A DNA stretch of 62,510 nucleotides, the filler included, from Hausera hauseri (Eukaryota): the NCBI GenBank assembly GCA_046269625.1. It is 12 parts of 12 records of this genome, joined end to end, with 100 filler letters (N's around TTAATTAATTAA, not from the genome) between each part and the next. Parts side by side here need not be neighbours in the genome. Positions count along the whole stretch, not along the records: positions 25,612 to 29,864 come from JBJURY010674440.1; positions 29,965 to 36,825 come from JBJURY010057440.1; 10 more parts are not named here. One strand, written 5' to 3'. Position 1 is the first letter of the stretch; each line of letters opens with the position of its first letter. The notes under the pieces were generated by a model. It saw only the letters and a program-made list of their open reading frames with translations, had not been told where the DNA came from and ran no database searches. The position numbers and the translations under genes are program-made. Shown here piece by piece: positions 26,774 through 36,825 of this stretch.

Positions 26774-27840
26774 TGAGCATTTATTAGGTACTTGATAGTA
26801 ATAGATCATTATCACAACATGACGACGACAATGACGACAATATCGCTAAACAGTTTACCGTGCACTTTAACCAACCGGTCGATTTACGCCACGGAGCCTA
26901 AGAAGTGGCTTTGACGGAATTCATATTTATATTTTCACAATGACAATAAATCAGAACAGTGGTATTTACTTTATTCAACAAGAAACGTACCCTATTTCAA
27001 GTTATTTGCGTACAATCCGACACAGTAACCGATATATTTTTCGCAATTATTCGCGAGAAAATTTTTCGGTTTATGCTTATTTTTCAAACTACCGTATGAT
27101 ACTAATGCATCGAAATCCCATGGATTTGCAGTTTAAATCTATAGCTGATGCTCAGGCATAGGGTTTTCAATCAGTCAATGTACACTCAAAACGTCTACGG
27201 CTAGGTGGACATGTTATAATTGGTGAAAAATTGGACTTTTCATCCAATGCAGAATCCAAAATTATAGTAAAGTGGACTAAGTCAGAATCCGTCTTCCGCT
27301 CATATACTATACCACACGATTTATTAATGCAAACAGAACTGGAATTGTATGAGTACGTCAAGAAAACGGCTACATTAGCCTTAAAGACATGTGAAATAAA
27401 CGCAGATGGTCATATTTCAATTATACTACATGACAAGGTTACATAATTTGCATTTGATGAATTATTCGTTCTGAATCTGGGATTTCACAACGCGAATACA
27501 ATCAAAACATTGTTGGACGATCTAATGTTGCCAAATACAAACCACAAGTCTATGGAGCATTTCACCGAATCAACATTTTAACTGACTTAACCGAATCCAA
27601 ACTCATTGATGAAGAACGTAAACAACTAGTGGCTTCTATCGAACTGGATTCTGACACGTACAAAACATCACATCGGGTGAAACTGTGCGCGTTAATATGC
27701 TCAGAACCATGTACTTATCATTGTCTCACAATATTGTGCACAGTATTTCCGTGTATATGATTGATGAATTTTGGGAACCCATTAAACTTCTGTTGGGGTC
27801 AACGACACATTTGACGTTACATTTTCGGCGCCGTCGATAA
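26773..27840 (+). pseudogene. Minor capsid (penton) protein 1, copy A
   Basis: N-terminal MSIY..F..EVALTEF and C-terminal MYLSL..TTHLTLHFRR. Confidence 0.75.
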
Positions 27841-27896
27841 TAAAGAAACTCTGCCATCACTATCATCATCATCATCATCATGAGATCATCGAGATC

Positions 27897-28849
27897 ATGA
27901 GCATTTACATGGTGTTGCCAAGCATCAGTTATCCGACGACTCGTCCGAACAATTCAGCCAGTGAATACGTTGTATATTGGAACAATCATTTGGAATTATC
28001 TTCTAGACAGTGGGCGGTTACATTGACTAAATTTAACTTTCCCTACGCACCGGTGACATCGAAAGGTAGTATGGAAATAACGTACAACAAGACTGTTACT
28101 GAAACAAAAACACTTTTTTGTCCTCAGACACTTACTAACAATAAAATAACAATCGGAGAATCGGTCATTTGCACGACCAGTACAAATTACGATTTATACG
28201 GCAAGATCGGTGTTTTTATTTTTGGGAAAAACTGACATTTTGTGGAAAATTTTGAATTTACTGTCACTTTTGAGTCCTCTGATATGGCGCAGAAATTTGG
28301 ATTCAAAAATATCGAATACAAAGGTAAAGATATTAAAAGTGAATATGTGGTTGCTCCAAGATTAAGTCCTGTACATTACCAGACAACGGTGAAATTTACT
28401 TATACAGAACAAAGGGTGTCAACATCATACATATTAATTGAAGACAATGTCTATTGCGAATCTGTAGCACATCTTTGTCGACACTATTCTTCAAATCAAA
28501 AGTACAAGGAGATATTTAAAGTTTTCGAGTCAGATGCAAATGGGTTGATTAAAATTGAATTGTCTAAGGATATTGTCAACATTTCATTGGACAAAGCTTT
28601 GGCAATGGTATTGAATTTTGAAAAACTGCGGTTTGAGGCATCGACGGCGGCGGCGGCGGCGGCACATGTTGCAACACTTAAACCAAAACTAAAAACGGGA
28701 CTAAGTCAAATGTACATTATGTGAACGTCACTAAACCGATTTTGGTCGGTGGAGTACGTGTACCTCTACTCCATGCAATTTATCCGGAAAGTAGCAAGTA
28801 TACTGCTGGCGACAATGCCACTGTCAAGCTCGATAATCCAATGTACCTG
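27897..28849 (+). pseudogene. Minor capsid (penton) protein 2, copy A, truncated by an insertion
   Basis: MSIYMVLPSISYPTTRPNNSASEY..WAVTLTKFNFP; LVGGVRVPLL..DNPMYL. Confidence 0.8.
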
Positions 28850-29864
28850 TGTGGTGCCCGCAGCAGCCGGTGCCCTCTGGCCCATTTGGTTGGGCGTGGC
28901 CGGGCGTCCGTTGCCCCGCGTAGGGCCCATAGTCGAGCCCAATTTTCCACCTCGAAAAAGATTCAAAATCAAATTCAGGAAAAATAAATCAGAGAACAAG
29001 CCAGACAGCAATTAGTGAATATGAGCAGTGCACAGATCGTATCCGATGTGAATATTCCCAAAAATTTTTTCGTTACAATAAGATTCAAACAAATCTTCAA
29101 ACAGCAACGAATACAACAGTCACAGAAACAACAACAATCAATCAATGTCAAAATTTTCCCCTCATCATTACAAGATATGCCATCATTACAACCGGTACCT
29201 CACATGTTTGTGGGCCGTTGTATTACCAGGAATAAAATGCGATTGGTCAAATTAAAAGTTTCCCTCAAAGGAAACGAATATCCCGTCACTTTTGAAAAAG
29301 GCAACATACAAATTCTCGAGAGAATCGAAGCACAAACACCAATATACGAAAATGGTCTATCTGTTTACCGATTTGAAAACGTTTCAATGTGACTACATCA
29401 GAAAATTCATGATGAAACTCAGATTTTTGAAGAAATATCACTAACGAAATATTCGTACATTCAGTATCATAATATGGAATCAATGGTTTTTTGTTCAATT
29501 CAAAAATATCGGTTTCACATTAACAGTACTAAACAACCCAATCTCTTACAGAAACTCATGGTATCAAAAGTCATTTTAAAATTAAAGGATATTTCATTCG
29601 ATACGAACTTCTTATATGTTAAAGATTCGTACAAACCAAAGTGTGATCCGTTAATTGTCACTCGAATTAATAATAATGTTAATTCTGAACCGAAATGTCC
29701 AGTCGAAAAATCTCAAGTTAACAGTCAACTACATACCCCAATCAAACGTCGAGTAGCTGCTAAAATTCGACGAACGGTGAGTGAAACTGAAATTTCAACG
29801 AAAGTAAGCAGATTATCCACCTCAGGTGATTTAAACCAATATTCCAAAAGGTCCGTGATGAGTC
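28850..29864 (-). mobile_element. LTR-type insertion into penton-2 (terminus TGTGGTGCCC) carrying unknown + strand ORFs 29015-29864
   Basis: Penton homology stops at 28849; the next ~120 bp match the reverse complement of 56130-56256. Confidence 0.7.
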
Positions 29865-29964
29865 NNNNNNNNNNNNNNNNNNNNNNNNNNNNNNNNNNNN
29901 NNNNNNNNTTAATTAATTAANNNNNNNNNNNNNNNNNNNNNNNNNNNNNNNNNNNNNNNNNNNN

Positions 29965-30521
29965 ATATTCAGTCGACACTTTAAACCATCATCGCCATCG
30001 GGTACATGAGACATTTCACGACCGATACAATCAAACAGTTTTGTATTCTGCGCTGGTAAATCGACAGATTGCTGTTGCACGGTCGTTTCGTTCAACTTTA
30101 AATCTACGTTTAATTCATGTAGAGCATCAGAAAGTTTATCCAAATTTTCACCCGAAATCCGCTTTACACGAAAGTTGTACTTGGATGCACATAGAGTCAC
30201 GGGATCATTCAATGAAATCAGTACGGGTGTTGGCAGAAAATGCATTTCGTACTTTCGAAAAATTCGTTTCGGTAAAAATATCTGTGTTTGGCGCGACGAC
30301 GCCGACGATTTTGATTTTCCTCGTCTACGTATTCCACCAATCATTGCATTTCGCCTTTTTAACGTCGGTTTTGCTGCTGCTGCTTTTTGAGCAAGTTTCT
30401 GTTTCGTTTCCAGACAATCAACCTGCAGACAACCACTCGGTTTTTCTAACTGTTGTTGTTGGACAGGTGGTGGTTTTAGCAGTTTGACAATAGAATAATC
30501 CTTTTTGTTGTAGGCAAGCAA
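29965..30521 (-). CDS. Unknown basic protein, in frame with the TBP-like ORF beyond one TAG; runs off the contig
   Basis: About 185-aa open frame with NLS-like LKRRNAMIGGIRRRGK. Confidence 0.5.
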
Positions 30522-30527
30522 CCACGA

Positions 30528-31136
30528 CTAATCTGAACTTTCATTATCATCATCCTTGGTATCATTGAGTAGAATTGTTTTGTTATCGTCTTCTATGGCA
30601 GTAATGTCTGAATGGGCATGGGAATGGTATTTATAGTTTCTTGTTGTTGTGCAATGTACATTATTTTGATTCAGTAAAATATTTATGTGAATTTTAATTT
30701 GATTAATAATCATTTTATAGTCCACTGTCCGAATACCGAGTACAACTATTTTTCCCCTGCTAAACACATTGACACAAAGTGGGCGAAACGATGTCAGTCT
30801 TAGTGCAGGAAACAATTCGGGTTCATATGTACATTCATCAGTGGCCATTGCTAATCTGTACAAATTGATTTTTTGGTGGTGGTAGTCTAACTGATTCGTT
30901 ACCGTTATTGATTGGATTTTGTCAATGACAATTTCGAATGGTAATAGTTTACTGTCGTCAACTGTGATTGGTTTGCGACAACCCATAATACAACACTTTC
31001 CCGATTGAAATACGATGCATGTAAAATTCGGTGGACACCGAAAAACATACTGTTTCGGCTTCCATTGATTAAAAGGTATTGTGCTAATAATGTCACACTC
31101 GGTAACATGTCCGCGATAGTTGATATTAGCTAACAT
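30528..31136 (-). CDS. Divergent TATA-binding-protein (TBP)-like protein
   Basis: Two TBP repeats: TCIVFQSGKCCIMGC and INLYRLA..YEPELFPAL..VNVFSRGKIVVLG (canonical: ALIFSSGKMVCTGA; YEPELFPGL; LLIFVSGKVVLTG); intronless. Confidence 0.85.
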   Translation of the reverse strand: MLANINYRGHVTECDIISTIPFNQWKPKQYVFRCPPNFTCIVFQSGKCCIMGCRKPITVDDSKLLPFEIVIDKIQSITVTNQLDYHHQKINLYRLAMATDECTYEPELFPALRLTSFRPLCVNVFSRGKIVVLGIRTVDYKMIINQIKIHINILLNQNNVHCTTTRNYKYHSHAHSDITAIEDDNKTILLNDTKDDDNESSD

Positions 31137-31236
31137 TATGAAAACAGTTTTTATACTATAGCTATTTATATATGCGTGTAACATGATTATAAACAAATCA
31201 TGTGATGGTGAGGGAAGGTTGTATTATTATTATTAG
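31137..31236. promoter_or_regulatory. Putative bidirectional promoter between the TBP-like and ATPase genes
   Basis: About 100-bp gap between divergent starts, with TATAAAA and TATATAAATA on minus and TATAAA on plus; the AT-rich background weakens this. Confidence 0.3.
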
Positions 31237-31950
31237 ATGAAGCTGCAGAATGATGCCATTTTCCAGATTGTAGGCCCCAGTGGAAGTGGTGAAACACACT
31301 TTGTGTGTAAACCTTTGCAGAAATACCGTGACATGTTCCATAAACAGCGGTATAATCACATATACTGGCATCAGAGTGTTGGTGATAATGGTGAGTCCGG
31401 TTTGACATAACGGCAATTTTGTAAACTAAAATCCATAACGGTAATTGATGGGTTTGATGAGAACTGGTCAGAGATATTACGCAACGGTGACGTTATTGTC
31501 ATTTACGATTTATTTCAATAGGCAACAAAACAATCGGACTTCAACAACCTGTTTACGAAGATTGCACGACACCGTCGCGAAACGGTTATTTTTATTACGC
31601 GAAACATGTCCCATCAGGGCAGCCAGCATAGAACAAGAAATCTAAACGTACCCTACTTCGTGTTGTTCAAAAATCCCCGTGATCAGACTATCATTGATTA
31701 TGTTGCACGACAAGCATTTCCTCACAATCAAGTTTAGTTGATAGATACCTATCATGATGTTACGACCGAACCACACGGATACATGTTCATCGACTTTACG
31801 CAACAGTGTCCCGATGACATGCGTGTATGAACAGACATTTTCAACCAGAAAGGTGGTGTATATGTCTGTAAAAAATTCGAAAATCAACGACATGATTATG
31901 ATAAAAAACAAACAAACAAACAAAATGAAGAATTTCCGAAGAACAATTGT
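31237..31950 (+). pseudogene. A32/FtsK-like DNA packaging ATPase
   Basis: IVGPSGSG(E)T Walker A, VIVIYDL Walker B, LFTKIARHR, RTRNLN..FVLFKNPRD, PHGYMFIDF. Confidence 0.9.
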
Positions 31951-32008
31951 TAAACGTAAACCTATTACCAAGCGGGTGTCCGGCGGCAAGAAACGTGTAT
32001 CAAAATGA
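31892..32008 (+). CDS. Small basic, protamine-like putative core protein
   Basis: KNFRRTIVKRKPITKRVSGGKKRVSK; VSGG|K resembles an adenain cleavage site. Confidence 0.35.
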   Translation: MIMIKNKQTNKMKNFRRTIVKRKPITKRVSGGKKRVSK

Positions 32009-32471
32009 ACCACCGCTACAGTAAAGCGATTAATCAATTCTGTGCTTCGTCGAACAATAACAACAACTAGACGCAAATTACCGTTACAGGGGCAACGGTT
32101 ATAAACAACTACGTCAAATCAGCATCAATACGTCCACAAAAAGCATGTGATTCAAACGTAGTCAACTGTACTTTATTGCTTTGATCAAGGCACCTACGAG
32201 ACATAAGCAAAACATGCTACGATCATTCCCACAGTTTGTAGTAGACGATTGGATGGAAAATGTGTACAATATCGTCGTAGGTCACGTTGACATTGGTAGT
32301 GGAAAGCGGAATTTACTAAAGTATCGAAAACGACTTATTGGCCTTGTCAACGCTCATAGTAAACGACTGAAACTAGAGGTTATGTACCAGCAAGACGGTG
32401 GATTCCTTGGTACAATTTTACCTATTGTCGAGTCATTAGTGGGTGGACTCATTGGTTCTGCAACAACATGA
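32004..32471 (+). pseudogene. Small Polinton virion protein with C-terminal QxGGFL amphipathic helix
   Basis: ENVYNIVVGHV..LLKYRKRL..QQDGGFLGTILPIVESLVGGL; second copy at about 57125-57488 (-). Confidence 0.75.
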
Positions 32472-32623
32472 TAGTATAAACAGTGACCGTAAGTATATGA
32501 TGATTCGGCGATATGGGTGCATGTTTTTCATCTTTCTGTCCCAGTTTACCGAATCTTTCATTTACGTTTCGTTCTAATTGTTGTAATACAAGCATCAAAA
32601 CCGACACCATCGACGGCAACAAC

Positions 32624-33602
32624 GATAAGCGATGTGTGGTTCAACCCGCGTCATCCCGCCGGCTATACTGGCGTCGACAAACTGACAAATACTGTCAAAC
32701 AGACTCGGCAACAGACCTAACGTTGTGTCGAAAAACAGTTAGCACACAGACTAAACAAACTGATAAGAAAGCGGTTTCCAAGTCATGCATACCGTGCTGC
32801 CGGTGTAAATAACGTATGGCAAATGGATCTGATGGAAATGATTCCGTACTCCAGTATCAACGATGGATATCGGTACGTGCTAACATGCGTTGATGTGTAT
32901 AGTCGTTTTGCATGCGCAATTACCGTGAAATCTAAATCCTGTAAAGAAATTGCCGACGCTGTTCAGACACTGATACTACAACAACAACCGAAGCATTTAC
33001 AAACGGATTTGGTTAAGGAATTCTACAACGCTCACGTTGCAGCGGTATTGAAACGGTTCCGCTTAAATAACTACTCGGTGTTTTCCCAATACAAAGCTGC
33101 ACTCGTCGAACGATTTTACGAACATTGCGCGGTCGCCTAAACAAATTCTTTACGAACCATGGCACAAACGCTGGGTAGATATACTACTGGACACATCGAC
33201 GGCATCGTGGCATCAATGGATTACGACCGGTTGACGTAATCGATGAATTGGACATGTGGCTTTATCAAAACCAAACACGACGACAGGCAGTTAAACGTAT
33301 TTCGAAAATAAGTACGACACCATTCATTAAAAATTTCAATCGGAACTGGAGCAGCGAGGTTTGTCGAATTTCGGCAATCAACACAAAACAAACACCTATC
33401 ATGTACGGTTTAGAGAATGAAAACGGTGAGGAAATACGCGGTAAATTCTGCGAACAAGAAATACAGGTACTGCCCGAGAAACCCGATGTATATCGTATTC
33501 AGGAAATTCTACGTTCACGAGGCAAGGGTCTGAATAAACAATATTGTCAAGTTGCACGGATACACTGCATCGAGTTGGATTTTTGCATAGCAGATTGAGT
33601 GA
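32624..33602 (+). pseudogene. Polinton rve integrase-chromodomain (copy B)
   Basis: WQMDLMEM, LTCVDVYSRF, LQTDLVKEFYN, KAALVERF. Confidence 0.9.
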
Positions 33603-34660
33603 TAAGCATTTATTTGGTATTTGAGAGTAACAGATTATTATCACAACATGACGACAATAACAATACCGCTAAACCGTTTACCATGCACTTCCACCAACCG
33701 TGCGATTTACGTCCCGGAGCCTAGGAATTGGCCTTGACGGAATTCACATTTACATTTTCACCAATGGCAATACGTCAGAACAGTGGCATTTACTTTAACC
33801 GACAAGAAACGTACCCTATTTCAAGTCATTTTCGGACAATCCCACAGAATAACCCATATACTCTTCGCAATTATTTGCGACAAAATTTCTTGGTTTATGA
33901 TTATCTTTCAAACTACTGTGTGAAACTAATACATCGATATCCTATAGAAATGCAGTTTAAATCTATAGCTGTTGCTCAGGCATGGGGTTTTCAATCAGTC
34001 AATCTACACTCAAAACGTTTACGGCTAGGTGGATATGTTATAATTGGTGAAAAATTGGATCTTTTATCCAATGCCGAATTCAATATTACAGTAAAGTGGA
34101 CTAAGTCAGAATCAGTCTTTCGCTCATATATTATACAACACGATTTATTAATGGAAATGGAAATGGAATTATGTGAGTACGTCAAGAAGACGGCTACATT
34201 AGCTGTAAAAACATGTGAAATATACGAAGATAGTCAAATTTCGATTATACTACAAGACGATGTTACACATTTTGCTTTTGATGAATTATTGACTAGGAAT
34301 CTGGGTTTTTAAAAACGCATATTCTATCAAACCATTGTTGGACAATCTATTGTTGCCAAATACAAACCGCAATTGTATGGAGCATTTCATAGAATTAACA
34401 TTTTAACAGACTTAACCGAATCTGTACTTGTTGATAGAGAACGTAAACAATTACTGGCTTCTATCGAACTGGGTTCTAACACGTATAAAACATCGTGTGA
34501 AACTGTTCGCGTTAATATGCTCAAACCCATGTACTTATCATTGTCTCACAATATTGTGCACAGTATTTCCCTGTATATGCTTGATGAATTTTTGGAACCC
34601 ATTAATTTTCTGTTTGGGTCAACGACACATTTGACGTTACATTTTCGACGTCGTCGATGA
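33602..34660 (+). pseudogene. Penton 1 (copy B)
   Basis: ALTEFTF; KQLLASI..PMYLSL..HLTLHFRRRR. Confidence 0.78.
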
Positions 34661-34699
34661 TAAACAAACTGCATAAGCATCATTGACATCATTGTGAAT

Positions 34700-35776
34700 A
34701 TGGGCATTTCCATGGTGTTGCCGCGCAACAGTTGGCCGACGACTCGTCCGAACAATTCAGCCAGTGAATACGTTGTAGATTGGAACAATCCTTAGTATTT
34801 ATCTGGAATATTGGAGGTTGCACTGACGGAATTTAACTTTTCCTACGCACCGGTGACATTGCAAAGGTAGTATGAAAATAACGTACAACAAGACTGTTAT
34901 TAAAACCAAAATACATTCTTGTCCCCTGACACGTACTGACAATAAAATAACAGTTGGAGAATCTTCCATTTGCACGAGTACAAATTACGGTTTATACGGC
35001 AAGATCGGTGTTTTTATTTTAGGGGAAACTTACATTTTATGTCAGATTTTGAATTTACTGTGAGCTTTGAGTCCTCTGATATGGTGCAGAAATTTGGATT
35101 CAAAAATATAGAGCACAAAGGTAGAGATGTTAAAAGTGAATATGCAGTTTCTCCAAGATTAAATCCCGTAAATTATCAGACAACGGTAAAATTTATCTAT
35201 ACATCAAAAAGGGTGTCAACATCATACGTATCGATTGAAGAAAATGTCTATTGCGAATCTGTAGCACATTCCTGTTAACACTTTTCTTCAAATCAAAAAC
35301 ACAAGGAGATATTTTAAGTTTTCTAATCAGATGTAAGTGGGTACATCAAATTTGAACTGGTTAAGGATATTGTCGACATTTCATTTGATAAAGCCTTGGC
35401 TATGATATTTGGTTTTGAAATACATCGGTTTGAGGCATCGAATACAAAGATGGCACATATTGCAATGCTTAAACCCAAACTGAAAACTGGACAAAGTCAA
35501 ATGTACATTTACGTGAACGTCACCTAACCGATTTTGGTCGGTGGCGTACGTGTACCGCTACTCCGTGAAATTTATCCGGAAAGCAGCAAGTATACTGCTG
35601 GCGACAATGTCACTGTCAAGCTTGATAATCCAATGTACCTACCTGTGGCAAGTACATCTATAAACAATGTTTAAGTCAATATCAGATATGACGAGGACTA
35701 CTTTATTGGATTTCCGTACGGTACCACAACCAGTCAAACTCTTCATTTCCGTCGAAACCAACAACAACACGATTGA
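34700..35776 (+). pseudogene. Penton 2 (copy B)
   Basis: RPNNSASEY..EVALTEFNF; VGGVRVPLLR..NPMYLPV..HFRR. Confidence 0.78.
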
Positions 35777-36074
35777 TTCTGAAATCGTTTCCATTTACAG
35801 TAAACCCTAGCAAAGTGGTGAACTGCCGTATTTCGTTGGTAAACAGTATGGCTCTGGATGGTTGCGTATATTTGCACGTTTCGCATTTGAAGCGTATTAC
35901 AGTGTATCGATTTTAGCATCACTAAAGGAACAGGCATTGTCAGAAATAAAAAGCGCTGCACCGAGAGTCGCTGAATCAGTCAAAAAACAATTTCCTGGTA
36001 GTGGCCTGAGAAAACGTGGTAGATCAGCTAGCTTTTCAATTATAAACAAACGTCGACGTACGATTTTCGATTGA
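35776..36074 (+). pseudogene. Small Gly-rich amphipathic (putative membrane-lytic) protein, copy B
   Basis: QSGELPYFVGKQYGSGWLRIFARFAF..GSGLRKRGR..TIFD. Confidence 0.65.
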
Positions 36075-36093
36075 TTGATTGACAGACAGACAA

Positions 36094-36825
36094 ATGGAAT
36101 CTGAAAAATCTGAATTGTGTATATTTGACAAAGGCGCACCACAAGTTGTTATTGACAATGCAGCATTTGAATAAATCTACCCCGTTGATTCGGTTTCGAC
36201 CTATGATAACATTGACATTCAATTCAACATTGTGGCATCGGAAAATTAATACCTGGATTTGAGCGATACGCTACTGTATGTAAAAGTTATTGTTAAAAAG
36301 GATGCATCAACGGTTCTCGCTGCAACAGACACTGTCACATCGGCCAATCACTTTTTCCTCACACTGTTCCAGGAAGCTTCATTGACTCTGAATAGCTTCA
36401 AAATCGAAGGCAACACCAGTCTATACAGTATCAAAGCACTCATTGAAACGGCTCTGAATTACGGCGCAGACACAAAAACGACTCAGTTGACAAAAACCAT
36501 CGGATACAATGCCACTCCGGCAAATCGTCAGGCATTAGTGGCAGAATCAAAAGCACCTACAATGTGTGGACAGTTGTACTTTGACTTTTTTGATCAGCCG
36601 AAATACCTACTGCCAGGCGTTAAAGCCATGATTCGGCTCAAAAGTAGCGACATTGTCTTTTGTTTGAAAACCGCCGTTGCACAGCTTAAACGCATACTGA
36701 AAATTACCGAGGCACGATTATACGTACGTCGAGTAAAAGTAGAACCACCTGTGCTCATGGGACATCGATTGGGCTTGGAAACGCAAAATGCCTGTTACCC
36801 GATACAACGCACAGAACTCGTCTTT
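36094..36825 (+). pseudogene. Double jelly-roll major capsid protein (hexon-like), 5' part, copy B
   Basis: KSELCIFD..QVVID..IQFNI..YLDLSDTLLYVKV; DFFDQPKYLLPGV; EARLYVRRVKV. Confidence 0.88.

Larger units (their letters stand above)
25612..28849 (+). mobile_element. Polinton/adintovirus-like element copy A (integrase, penton-1, penton-2), degenerate
   Basis: Collinear and highly similar to 32480-35640. Confidence 0.9.
29965..36825 (+). mobile_element. Polinton/adintovirus-like element copy B (most complete)
   Basis: ATPase, small proteins, integrase, two pentons and major capsid in compact intron-poor order. Confidence 0.92.

Noticed and set aside
31642-32076. Hydrophobic 144-aa minus-strand ORF and similar antisense ORFs (e.g. 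40065-40544, 23576-23902)
   Set aside because: Shadows of recognisable genes on the opposite strand
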